From the NCBI GenBank assembly GCA_963809485.1, contig CAWEJX010000001.1, positions 32,001 through 96,000 on the forward strand: 64,000 nt of DNA, given 5' to 3'. Numbering within the stretch: the stretch's first letter is position 1; every line of letters begins with the position of its first letter. Below are positions 52,953 to 61,756 of the stretch, piece by piece. Origin of the DNA: an uncultured Acidobacteriota bacterium. Its GTDB lineage: Bacteria > Acidobacteriota > UBA6911. The notes under the pieces are model-generated. The model worked only from the letters and a program-made list of their open reading frames with translations, ran no database searches and was not told the origin of the DNA. Both the position numbers and the translations under genes were made by a program.

Positions 52953-53390
52953 CTATCTCTTCACGCGCTTGATGGTAAGGTCGCTGCTCTGAAGCCGGAC
53001 TGCCTGCAGCGAATCCAGCAGATTGCCGGGCTTGATGCGCTCCGGCTCGATCGCGATCACCCGCACCTTGTAGGAGAGCCCCGCACCCTGGCCACCGTAT
53101 TCCCCGAAATGGCATATGGCCCGCCACCGGTAGCCGCCCGCTTCATCAACGTGGGTTTCATCGACGGTTGCGGGATATGTTTTCCAGCCGCCAATGCCCG
53201 GCTCATACACCAGGACGTAGACTGCCAAACCTGGATCCTCGACCGTGCCTTCGAGCAGGGTGCTGTAGGACACTTCTTGGGCTATTGTCTGGATATCCTG
53301 CCGGTTGAGCCTGTCTATGGTCAGGCGGGATTGCGGGAATACAGTCGCCGCCAACAGCAGGGCCGAAAGAACGCCGCATGCCAAGCGCAT
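52953..53390 (-). CDS. Exported hypothetical protein upstream of rhs
   Basis: GGAGG RBS, signal peptide MRLACGVLSALLLAATVFP, beta-rich body; stop 9 nt before the rhs start. Confidence 0.75.
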   Translation of the reverse strand: MRLACGVLSALLLAATVFPQSRLTIDRLNRQDIQTIAQEVSYSTLLEGTVEDPGLAVYVLVYEPGIGGWKTYPATVDETHVDEAGGYRWRAICHFGEYGGQGAGLSYKVRVIAIEPERIKPGNLLDSLQAVRLQSSDLTIKRVKR

Positions 53391-53671
53391 GATTGCCTCC
53401 ATTTGGTTCAGGGTGCACTGCAAAAAAGGCGCAGTCGAATCTCTATGGTCTGGTCCTGACTTACGTTTCAGGAAAAAGCTGGAATGCCGGATATTCGATA
53501 ATGTATGGATTGTAGATAATTCGAAAAAAAAAAATCAAGAGGAATATTCGATTGAATGCTGGGTGACAGGATGGGCTATTGCTGCAGCAGATTACAGGGC
53601 ATTTATCTTGGAGAGGGAAGCTTAGGCTGGATTGATTGAAATGGGCTTAGGATTGGGGGGGAAGGCAAATC

Positions 53672-53701
53672 AAAGGGACACCTCAGAAGAGGCGTCCCTT
53701 T
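53672..53701. terminator. Intrinsic terminator hairpin downstream of the PPIase gene
   Basis: AAAGGGACACCTC-agaa-GAGGCGTCCCTTT with T tracts on both strands. Confidence 0.8.
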
Positions 53702-53716
53702 TGAACGGATTAGGGC

Positions 53717-54805
53717 CTACGGATTCAGCGGCTGGCCCGAGGGGATCAGAATTTCGATTTTGGCCTGATCTCTCAACTGGTTGACCAATTGGGTCAGTTC
53801 CACCTGGGCTTTCTGATTTTTTAAAAATTCCGTCAGCTGCGGTTTGACTTCTTCCAGGGTAGACAAACCTTCCTTTTTCTTGTCCGTCACCTTGATCACG
53901 TGATAACCGGCCTGGGTTTTGACCAAAGCGACGCCTCCGACCGGAAGCGAGAAGGCAGCATTCGCATACTCCGAATTCAGGTTTTCCTTTGAGGCGAATC
54001 CCACATCCCCGCCTTGGGAAGCCGATGCATCCATCGAGTTCTCTTTGGCAAGCTTGGCGAAATCCTCGCCTTTTTTGGCGCGGGCCAGCAGGGCTTCCGC
54101 GCGCTTTTTGGCCAGGGCGTCCTGTTCGGCCGTATCTCCAGCGGGCTGTATCAGGATGTGGCTCGTTCGGACAATGTCCGGATGCTGAAATTGAGCCGGA
54201 TTGCTCGAATAGTATTTCGCCATCTCTTCCTGGGTAACCGTAACCTTGCTGTTGACATTATCCTCGACGTATTTTGACAAGGCCACGCTCTCATAGAGGT
54301 CCTTCTCCAGGGTGGCGCGGTCCGTCAGCTCACTGGCGAGCGCGATATTCATTTCCGCGTCGCTCTTGAAGTTCTTGGCTATCTTCTGCAACTCGGCCTG
54401 AACCTCCAGGTCGGTAGCCTTTACCCCGCTGGCAACCGCCTTTTCATAAAGAAGCTTCGAATTGATCAATACTCCCAGTGCTTCGGCAACAAGCTGACCG
54501 CGATAATCCTCTCTGAGATTCTTCCATTCCGGATTCCCCAGAGGCGCCAGTTGACGTCGCACAACTCTCTCCAACTCCCTGCCGGAAATGGCCTTTCCGT
54601 TCACACGGGCTACCACGGCGGGAAAAAGGGCACTGGGGTCCGCCTCAGGGGGTTTCTCGTCCTCCGCCGCCTTGGCTTGAGGCTTCGACGTAGATTCGGG
54701 TTCAGGTTGGGCAGCCTTGGGCGATGCCGGCTGAGTTTTGGACTGAGTCTGGGGGAGACACAATCCAACGGATGCGAATAAAAGAATCACCAAAACACTT
54801 CTCAT
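53717..54805 (-). CDS. Parvulin (PpiC-type) peptidyl-prolyl isomerase, SurA/PrsA-like
   Basis: Signal peptide, VVARVNGKAI, SHILI, GEDFAKLAKENS.D.SASQGGDVG, GYHVIKV; start re-called at MRSVLV. Confidence 0.93.
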   Translation of the reverse strand: MRSVLVILLFASVGLCLPQTQSKTQPASPKAAQPEPESTSKPQAKAAEDEKPPEADPSALFPAVVARVNGKAISGRELERVVRRQLAPLGNPEWKNLREDYRGQLVAEALGVLINSKLLYEKAVASGVKATDLEVQAELQKIAKNFKSDAEMNIALASELTDRATLEKDLYESVALSKYVEDNVNSKVTVTQEEMAKYYSSNPAQFQHPDIVRTSHILIQPAGDTAEQDALAKKRAEALLARAKKGEDFAKLAKENSMDASASQGGDVGFASKENLNSEYANAAFSLPVGGVALVKTQAGYHVIKVTDKKKEGLSTLEEVKPQLTEFLKNQKAQVELTQLVNQLRDQAKIEILIPSGQPLNP

Positions 54806-55035
54806 AGAGGATCTCACGGCTATGGGCCTCTCCTTTTTGCTATAAACAATTAGGTTAACATGTAAGCCTGCCTGGGAAGAACACCAATTTACCATAGGAA
54901 TACATAAACTTCCTTCTCCCGCCATACGGGCAGCCTCCGGGTTAACAGGCACAAAATGGCATCGAATCCATTTTGCGGCTTTGAGTCTTTGCGCCTTTGA
55001 GGTTACCATGGGGATCGCTTTTGTGGGAGTCTCCG

Positions 55036-56484
55036 GTGGGTTTTAATTGGCTGGATGGATGCGTCGTCATCTTTTACCTGATCGCCATCACTTTATACGG
55101 CGCTCAATTCCGCAGAAAACAGCAGTCCATTCATACCTATTTCCTGGGCGGCAAGAACACGCCGGCCTGGGCGCTGTCGCTGTCCATCGTTGCCACAGAA
55201 ACCAGCACTCTCACGATCATCAGCACGCCGGGAATCGCCTATGCGGGAAACCTGACCTTTCTGCAGTTGATCATCGGTTACATGGTGGGACGCGTCTTTA
55301 TCTCCCTGGTTTTAATACCCGCCTACTTCAAGGGGGAAATGTATACGGCGTATGAACTGATGTTGCGCCGGTTTGGCCCCACGACCAAGCATGCGACGGC
55401 CAGCATGTTTCTCATAACGCGCGCCCTGGCTGAGGGAGTCCGGGTGTTTGCCATCGCCATCGTGGTTGGAATCGTGCTGGGTTCCGGCGATATCTGGTCC
55501 ATCCTGATCATCTCCGCCCTTACCCTGATTTACACCTTCGAGGGAGGGCTGACCGCCGTGATCTGGACGGATGTCGTTCAGCTCTTTATATACCTGGGGT
55601 GCACGATCGTGACGTTCTTCGTCATCCTGGGGCTGATCCCCGGCGGCTGGCAGGGAGTGATGACTGCGGCGGGCTCCAAATTCATGCTCTGGGATTTTTC
55701 CGCGAATTTCCACATTCCCTACACGTTCTGGGGCGGCGTGATCGGCGGAGCGTTCCTGAACACCGCCAGCCACGGCGTGGATCAGCTTATCGTTCAGCGC
55801 CTTCTGGCGGCAAGAAACGAGCGGGACGGCAAGATCGCCCTCCTTTCAAGCGGCGTGGTGATATTTTTTCAATTCGCGCTTTTCCTGCTCATAGGAATTA
55901 TGCTTTTCAGTTTCTACCAATTCAATCCCGGCATGGTCCCGCCCGATTCCAACGATAAAATCTTTCCGGCGTTTGTCGTCACCTACCTGCCCCATGGAGT
56001 TCGCGGAATAATGATTGCCGCGATTCTTGCGGCAGCCATGTCGAATTTAAGCAGTTCCCTGAACGCCCTGGCATCCACGACCGTCGTGGATTTTTATCGT
56101 CCCTTCCTGAAGAAAAATGCCGGAGCCGAACAGCAATTGCGCATTTCCCGCTGGATCACCGTGTTCTGGGGGGTCACGCTTACGGCCCTGGCAATTCTTT
56201 CGCGGGGGGTAAAATCGGTCCTGGAAGCCGGTCTGACCATCGCTTCCATTACGTACGGGAGCATGCTCGGAGTCTTTCTGCTGGGTGTGTTGACCAAAAA
56301 GGCGAACGAAAAGGGATCCATTCTGGGAATGGCCGTGGGACTTGTGTCCATGCTGTGTGTCTGGTATTTCAGCGAAATCGCTTTTACGTGGTACGTGCTG
56401 ATCGGCACTGCCATCACCTTCGCGACGGGCTATGCCGCGAGCCTTTTTTTCAGCCGCCAGCCATCTGCCGGCAGCTCAATATGA
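55036..56484 (+). CDS. Sodium:solute symporter (SSS family)
   Basis: YFLGG, SIVATETS, GGLTAVIWTD, DQLIVQR, AAAMSNLSSSLNAL, many TM helices; GTG start with GGGAG RBS. Confidence 0.93.
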   Translation: MGFNWLDGCVVIFYLIAITLYGAQFRRKQQSIHTYFLGGKNTPAWALSLSIVATETSTLTIISTPGIAYAGNLTFLQLIIGYMVGRVFISLVLIPAYFKGEMYTAYELMLRRFGPTTKHATASMFLITRALAEGVRVFAIAIVVGIVLGSGDIWSILIISALTLIYTFEGGLTAVIWTDVVQLFIYLGCTIVTFFVILGLIPGGWQGVMTAAGSKFMLWDFSANFHIPYTFWGGVIGGAFLNTASHGVDQLIVQRLLAARNERDGKIALLSSGVVIFFQFALFLLIGIMLFSFYQFNPGMVPPDSNDKIFPAFVVTYLPHGVRGIMIAAILAAAMSNLSSSLNALASTTVVDFYRPFLKKNAGAEQQLRISRWITVFWGVTLTALAILSRGVKSVLEAGLTIASITYGSMLGVFLLGVLTKKANEKGSILGMAVGLVSMLCVWYFSEIAFTWYVLIGTAITFATGYAASLFFSRQPSAGSSI

Positions 56485-56504
56485 AGCCTCTTGAGACGGC
56501 ACGA

Positions 56505-56867
56505 TTACTCCGGATAGGAGATAATCGTCCGGCGATGCTGCCCTTCCCCGATGACGCGGTCCCCTTCCGTGACACGCACCTCGAACAACAGCCTGCGGCC
56601 ATCCGCCTCCAGCAGCTTGCACCACGATTTGATCTGCGCGCCGACAGGCGCCGCGGCTTTGTGTTTCACATGCACCTCGTAGCCGACGGTGATGTATCCG
56701 GGGGGAAGCAGTTCCTGGGCGAGGTCTTTGCAGACGCCCTCCATCAGGCTGATCATCATGGGCGTTGAAAGCACCGGAACTTTTGTGTGAGTCACGGAAA
56801 GCCCCAGATCTACCGTCACGGTTTGCTCCGACGTCAGTCCGGGCTTGATGCTGTCGAAATCCGGCAT
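56505..56867 (-). CDS. FlK-like hotdog-fold thioesterase
   Basis: VLSTPMMISLME, TVGYEVHVKHKAAAPVG, IGEGQHRR. Confidence 0.88.
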   Translation of the reverse strand: MPDFDSIKPGLTSEQTVTVDLGLSVTHTKVPVLSTPMMISLMEGVCKDLAQELLPPGYITVGYEVHVKHKAAAPVGAQIKSWCKLLEADGRRLLFEVRVTEGDRVIGEGQHRRTIISYPE

Positions 56868-57092
56868 AAATCCTCTCAATGAAAAACTGCGTCCTGGTTG
56901 ATTGTGCGCACTACCTATCCGGCTACTAGAGTATCCAATACAAAATAATTGACAAGAGAATCTATATGCAAAAGGGAGCAGAGGAGCAACCTCCCTAACA
57001 ACAATATGCTCATAAAAGGATTTTTGTGGTATTTTGTCATCCATCTGAATAGCAGCAGTGCGCCTTGCATTCCATACCGGAGAATGTTCGGG

Positions 57093-57920
57093 ATGCTTTA
57101 CAGCGTGGGATCTCCATTGCCGGAGTATCGTGCGAAGGCATCGATTGAGGCCGCCGACGCCGACAATCAGATCCGCGACGACGAGTATGCCAGGCGGTAC
57201 GGATTTCACGCCGGACTGGTTCCAGGGATCTCCGTTTTCGCCTATATGTCCCGTCCCCTGGTCGATTTGATGGAGAGAGACTGGCTGCAACACGGTTCGG
57301 CAGAGGTGCGCTTTGTCCGGCCCATCTACGACGGAGAGGAAATTCGTGTCACCGGACTGGTCTCTTCAATATCAAAGGACGGGACCGCATGCATAGACTA
57401 CCAGGCCGCCAACAATCAGGGAGTGCCCTGCGGAATCGGCAGGGCGCAGTTGCCGCCCCATGCGCCTGAGCCCGAACCCTCGCCTGAAAATTACCCGGCC
57501 GGGAAATCCAGGCTCCACCGCCCCATTTCGCTCGAATCCCTGCAGCCCGGCGAGTTCCTGACGCCCTTCACTTCCGAATTCACCTGGAACGTCCATTGGC
57601 AATACTGCCGGAAATCGATCCGCGACTACCATGCCCTGTACGAAAAGGCGCTGCATCCGGGATGGATTTTAGGCCGGGCCAGCCGCATATTGGCATCCAA
57701 CTACGCGATTCCGGCCTGGATCGACGTTTCCTGCGAGGCACAGAATTATCATCTCCAGGAAGAGGAGTGCTTGGTCGAGACCCGCGGCCGGGTTCACGGC
57801 AAATACGAACGGGGCGGAGATCATTTCATCGTATTGGACCTGGCGGTCTTTGCCCGGAACCATTGCCTGCAGACCATCCGCTACACAGCAATCTTCCACA
57901 TAGCCCTGAGTGCCGCGTAG
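57093..57920 (+). CDS. Double hotdog-fold (MaoC-like) protein
   Basis: NQIRDDEYARRYGFHAGLVPG, VRFVRPIYDGE and a second hotdog half ending YERGGDHFIVLD; Arg replaces the usual His of N.IH.D. Confidence 0.72.
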   Translation: MLYSVGSPLPEYRAKASIEAADADNQIRDDEYARRYGFHAGLVPGISVFAYMSRPLVDLMERDWLQHGSAEVRFVRPIYDGEEIRVTGLVSSISKDGTACIDYQAANNQGVPCGIGRAQLPPHAPEPEPSPENYPAGKSRLHRPISLESLQPGEFLTPFTSEFTWNVHWQYCRKSIRDYHALYEKALHPGWILGRASRILASNYAIPAWIDVSCEAQNYHLQEEECLVETRGRVHGKYERGGDHFIVLDLAVFARNHCLQTIRYTAIFHIALSAA

Positions 57921-58017
57921 CAGTGGTTAGAAGTTAGTGGTTAGAAGTTGCTTCTTCATAAGAAGAAGCCATCAGCTGATCATAGATCACCCTAAACTAA
58001 CCGCTAACCGCTAACTA
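57921..58017. repeat. Heptamer inverted arms (GTGGTTA/GAAGTTA ... CTAACCG/CTAACTA) between convergent genes
   Basis: gtggtta gaagtta gtggtta gaagttg ... ctaaccg ctaaccg ctaacta; internal GCTTCTT/AAGAAGC hairpin; the arms abut both stop codons. Confidence 0.85.
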
Positions 58018-59184
58018 CTGCTTTATCAGAGCCCGCGCGCCGGAACGCATGCCGGCAAGCGTGAGTTCGAACATCGGGAAAATTTTGCGGATCATGCGAG
58101 TGGTTGGAACCGAATCCCACCATTCCCTCGATTCCGGATTGAGCCAGATCACCTTCCTGAACCTTTTCCGGATATCCATCAGCCATTCGATCCCGGGGCG
58201 GTCGTTGCGATACCAGTAATCGATTGCTCCGTTGGGGCTGAGCAGTTCACTCGGAGCCATGTAGGCATCCCCGACCAGAATGACCTTATAGTTCCGGCTG
58301 CTTTGGTCCAGGATTTTCCGGGTGGGAACCGCTTTCCCCTGCCATATATCCGTGTACAGCTCCTGATACACGCAATTGTGGAAGTAATAAAACTGCAGGT
58401 CCTTCACGATATCTTTGGCAGCCGAAAAAAGCCGGCTGACCAGCTCCGAATGAGGTGCCATGGTTCCGCCGGCGTCCATCAGCAGCATGAGCTTGATTCT
58501 TTTCTTTCTGGCCCGGTCCCAGATGAACTCCAGCTCGCCGGCATTGCGGCAGGTTGCGTCGATGGTGCCTTCCACATCCAGCGTATCCTTGGGCCCTTCG
58601 CGCACAACCTGGCGGATATAGCTGAGAGCTGTTTTGATCGACCGCGTATCCAGCGTGACATCGTCGCGGTAATTCCTGAAGCTGCGCTTTTCAGCAATTT
58701 GAACAGCGCTGCGCATCCTGCCCTCGTGCTGACCGATGCGCACTCCGGCAGGGTTGTAGCCCCAGGCGCCATAGGGAGAGCGCCCGCGGACTCCTATGGC
58801 CCGGTTCCCGCCGACATGGGGCTCGTCGTCCTGAGTTCGAAGCTTATCGAGGAAGCCGGCACGGACTTCTTCCAGCGAGAGCTTCTCCACCATCAGCCTT
58901 TCCTCTTCGGTCAGCTCGAGCGGCGGCATCCGGAGCAGTCTCTCCTCGATCCTCTGCAGCAGGTCATCGCTGGATTCGATATGGCCGAAGCATTCCAGGA
59001 AAGCCTGGTCGTATTTGTCGAAATGCGCTTCGGTCTTGACCAGGATCGCGCGCGAGAGATGATAGAACCGCGTCAGCGAGCTATCCATCAGGTTTTCGGA
59101 GAGAGCGTTTTGCAGCAGAAGCCACTCGTTGAAAGTGACCGGGACTCCGTGCCGCCTCAACGATTTGAACAGATTGATAAACAT
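58015..59184 (-). CDS. VWA domain protein, CoxE-like
   Basis: FY.LSRAILVK.E..FDKYD, MDAGGTM, YYFHNCVY, VGDAYMAP.EL, WLNP. Confidence 0.9.
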   Translation of the reverse strand: MFINLFKSLRRHGVPVTFNEWLLLQNALSENLMDSSLTRFYHLSRAILVKTEAHFDKYDQAFLECFGHIESSDDLLQRIEERLLRMPPLELTEEERLMVEKLSLEEVRAGFLDKLRTQDDEPHVGGNRAIGVRGRSPYGAWGYNPAGVRIGQHEGRMRSAVQIAEKRSFRNYRDDVTLDTRSIKTALSYIRQVVREGPKDTLDVEGTIDATCRNAGELEFIWDRARKKRIKLMLLMDAGGTMAPHSELVSRLFSAAKDIVKDLQFYYFHNCVYQELYTDIWQGKAVPTRKILDQSSRNYKVILVGDAYMAPSELLSPNGAIDYWYRNDRPGIEWLMDIRKRFRKVIWLNPESREWWDSVPTTRMIRKIFPMFELTLAGMRSGARALIKQ

Positions 59185-59201
59185 CCGGCTGCTCCGAAGG
59201 G

Positions 59202-60005
59202 TCAGTGCACCGCGACCCGGGCGACGTCATCCTCGGCCTTGAGCAAAACACCCAAAAACGGGAGCTTTTTGTTCAGCTCGTCTTCGGTAATTCCGGCTGC
59301 GAGGATCACCTGGATCCAGTCCAGCAACTCGCTGGTGGAAGGGCGTTTTCTCAGCTCATGCCTCTGGCGGATGAAGTAGAAGCGCGCGACGATCTGGGAC
59401 AGCAGGTTATGCTTCAGGTTCGGAAAGTGGACCCGCCCGATTTTCTCCATCATGGCCGGATCGGGGAATTCGATGTAATGGAAGAGGCACCGCCGAAGGA
59501 AAGCGTCCGGCAGTTCTTTTTCGCTGTTGCTGGTAATGACGACAATAGGCCGATGCCGGGCCTTGATATGCTCCCCGGTTTCCACGATATCGAAGCTCAT
59601 CTGATCCAGTTCGAACAGTAGATCGTTCGGGAATTCCAGGTCCGCCTTATCGATTTCGTCGATGAGAAGCACTACCTGCTCTTCCGAACAAAGCGCTTCC
59701 CCCAGCTTCCCCAGTTTGATGTATTGCTTGATGTCCGAGACGTCTTTGTCGTGAAACCGTGAATCGTTCAGGCGCTGCACCGTATCGTAGACGTAAAGGC
59801 CATCGCTCGCCTTCGAGGTGGATTTGATGTTCCAGCGGATCAGGCGCAGGCCCAGGTCCTCGGCAATCACCCGCGCCAGTTCCGTTTTCCCTGTACCGGG
59901 CTCTCCCTTGAGAAGCAATGGCCGCTGGAGGACAATCGCGGCGTTGACAATTTCCCGCAATGAATCACTGAGAATATAGCTGTGGATGCCTTTGAATCTG
60001 TTCAT
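59202..60005 (-). CDS. MoxR-family AAA+ ATPase (CoxD-like)
   Basis: Walker A GEPGTGKT, Walker B LLIDEIDKAD, ITSN.EKELPDAFLRRC. Confidence 0.94.
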   Translation of the reverse strand: MNRFKGIHSYILSDSLREIVNAAIVLQRPLLLKGEPGTGKTELARVIAEDLGLRLIRWNIKSTSKASDGLYVYDTVQRLNDSRFHDKDVSDIKQYIKLGKLGEALCSEEQVVLLIDEIDKADLEFPNDLLFELDQMSFDIVETGEHIKARHRPIVVITSNSEKELPDAFLRRCLFHYIEFPDPAMMEKIGRVHFPNLKHNLLSQIVARFYFIRQRHELRKRPSTSELLDWIQVILAAGITEDELNKKLPFLGVLLKAEDDVARVAVH

Positions 60006-60136
60006 CGGAATTTGTGAATACCTCCTGACGATGCCTGCGCGCAGGCCGTCGGTTGTCTCCGGCCGGATAGCCCTGCAATCCGGCCTTGCCTAAATTTTTA
60101 GTTTACCATGGCAAGGCGCCGTATCCACTGCCGGAA

Positions 60137-61003
60137 TCACGGATGCTTTCGGCTGAGGATGCGCTCGGCCGCAGCCCTGTGGGGATTGTCGACCAGTTTG
60201 CCGTCCAGGGTGGCGAGGGCTTTGCCGAGGATTTCGGCCGCGTTTAGACCCACCAGCGTTTTTTCAGCCCACTCGATCTCTTCCGGCGTCACATCAAATA
60301 CCTGGTTGATGATCGGGCACTGGTCCGGATGGATGGCGCTCTTGCCGTCAAAACCGAAGCGACGGGCCTGTGCGGCCTCGGAGCGGATCAGGTCGTAGTT
60401 GCGGATGTCAAAGCACGGGGCGTCGATCGCATCGATTCCAGCCGACCGGGCCGAAGTGACGATCAGCTGCAGGGCCAGCAGCAGTTCAAGCCGTTCTTCC
60501 CCGGGCCTGCACCGGACATCATTGACATAATCCGCGGAACCGAAGATCAGGGAACGCATCCTGGGAGACGCGGCGGCAATTTCAGGCGCATGCAGCACGC
60601 CGGCAGCGGATTCGATCATCGCATGCAGCAGGACGGTCCCCGCGGGGATCCCGTGCCTGATTTCAAGCTCCTGGACGGCATGGGCGCCCGCCGCGATTTC
60701 GGCGGCATTTTCGACTTTGGGAAGGCAGATCCCATCGGGGCGCAAGGGCACCACGGCGGCCAGATCGGCCCTCCCGGTCGCTGTAGCAAGACTGTTGACA
60801 CGGACCACGGCCTCATGCCCGTCGAAATTCAGTTCTTTGAGCGCCTGCACGACATTTTCGCGTGCGGATTCCTTCCTGGATAAGGCAACTCCGTCTTCCA
60901 GATTCAGCAGCAGGATATCGGAGGAAGTTTCCAGGGACCGCTGAAGCATCTTATTGCTGTCTCCGGGAACATAGAGCGCGCTGCGCCGAAGATTGTTTTT
61001 CAT
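60137..61003 (-). CDS. HpcH/HpaI aldolase / CitE-like CoA ester lyase
   Basis: RRSALYVPG, LEDGVA, VRVN, LPKVE, MIESAAG, FGSADY, GFDGKSAIHPDQ. Confidence 0.92.
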   Translation of the reverse strand: MKNNLRRSALYVPGDSNKMLQRSLETSSDILLLNLEDGVALSRKESARENVVQALKELNFDGHEAVVRVNSLATATGRADLAAVVPLRPDGICLPKVENAAEIAAGAHAVQELEIRHGIPAGTVLLHAMIESAAGVLHAPEIAAASPRMRSLIFGSADYVNDVRCRPGEERLELLLALQLIVTSARSAGIDAIDAPCFDIRNYDLIRSEAAQARRFGFDGKSAIHPDQCPIINQVFDVTPEEIEWAEKTLVGLNAAEILGKALATLDGKLVDNPHRAAAERILSRKHP

Positions 61004-61201
61004 CGGATCCACTCCTTTGCCCAACCTGGGATTTTACATGGATTTTGCCGGCCTTTCTATCGGACATGCAAAATCGAGCCGCTCGAAAGAGACCGTCTCG
61101 AACCTCGCCATCATGCCACACAGGGCTTCGAAAATGAGATAGGAACTTTGTTGAGAGCAGACGGCCGATCTAGGGCTGCGTTACGGACCAGCCAAAGCGG
61201 G

Positions 61202-61708
61202 CTAGAGGCCGGCAGAGAAATGGGCGCCGTGCCGGCCGAGCGCAACAATCAGGTACAGGTGGTACAGCGAAACCAGGATGTAGGAAAAGAGGCACAGACG
61301 GGCGGCGTACCGGCCCAGGGTCCATTCCTTGTGCAGCATGATGAGGCCCATCGGCAGGATGGTCATAACCGCCTTTAATCCAAAAAATGCCGGCAGCCCG
61401 CCCTGGTTCAGGACGGCCTTCATAACGGGATTTAGTTCGTATGCGGATCCTCCATGAACATGAAAACCCGTCAGGATGGCATCACCGAGCGAAAGAACCA
61501 GTACAGCAGCCGCGATGCTCCAGGTCCGCAGATCATAGACATCCACATATCCGCCGGCGTCCGCCTTCCGCCGCCCGCTCTTTCCTCTCCTGCGCGGGCC
61601 GCTGCGGAAAATGGCAGCCAGCATCGACCGCTTTCTACGGTCGACTCCGGATCGCCTCTCCGCGAAGACCGTCCCGCTTGAAAAATCCGAGTGCAATTTC
61701 TCTTTCAT
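61202..61708 (-). CDS. DUF5658-like membrane protein with N-terminal ERRxxxDRR motif
   Basis: ERRSGVDRR..GRRKAD..YVD.YD followed by LSLGDAILT, ELNPVM, F..LK and TM helices. Confidence 0.78.
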   Translation of the reverse strand: MKEKLHSDFSSGTVFAERRSGVDRRKRSMLAAIFRSGPRRRGKSGRRKADAGGYVDVYDLRTWSIAAAVLVLSLGDAILTGFHVHGGSAYELNPVMKAVLNQGGLPAFFGLKAVMTILPMGLIMLHKEWTLGRYAARLCLFSYILVSLYHLYLIVALGRHGAHFSAGL

Positions 61709-61721
61709 TCTCAATGGGTTA

Positions 61722-61748
61722 TTATCGGCCGCGTATCGGGGAGCTTTA
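61722..61748 (-). promoter_or_regulatory. sigma28 (FliA-type) promoter TAAA-N15-GCCGATAA
   Basis: Minus strand TAAA gctccccgatacgcg GCCGATAA is a perfect consensus, ending 13 nt before ATG 61708. Confidence 0.85.
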
Positions 61749-61756
61749 CGCTCAAG

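Noticed and set aside
54806-55009. Extended N-terminus of the PPIase ORF
   Set aside because: It covers the divergent promoter region; the signal peptide starts at MRSVLV (54805).
56868-57293. Extended N-terminus of the thioesterase ORF
   Set aside because: It overlaps the divergent hotdog gene; family similarity starts at MPDFDSIKPG.
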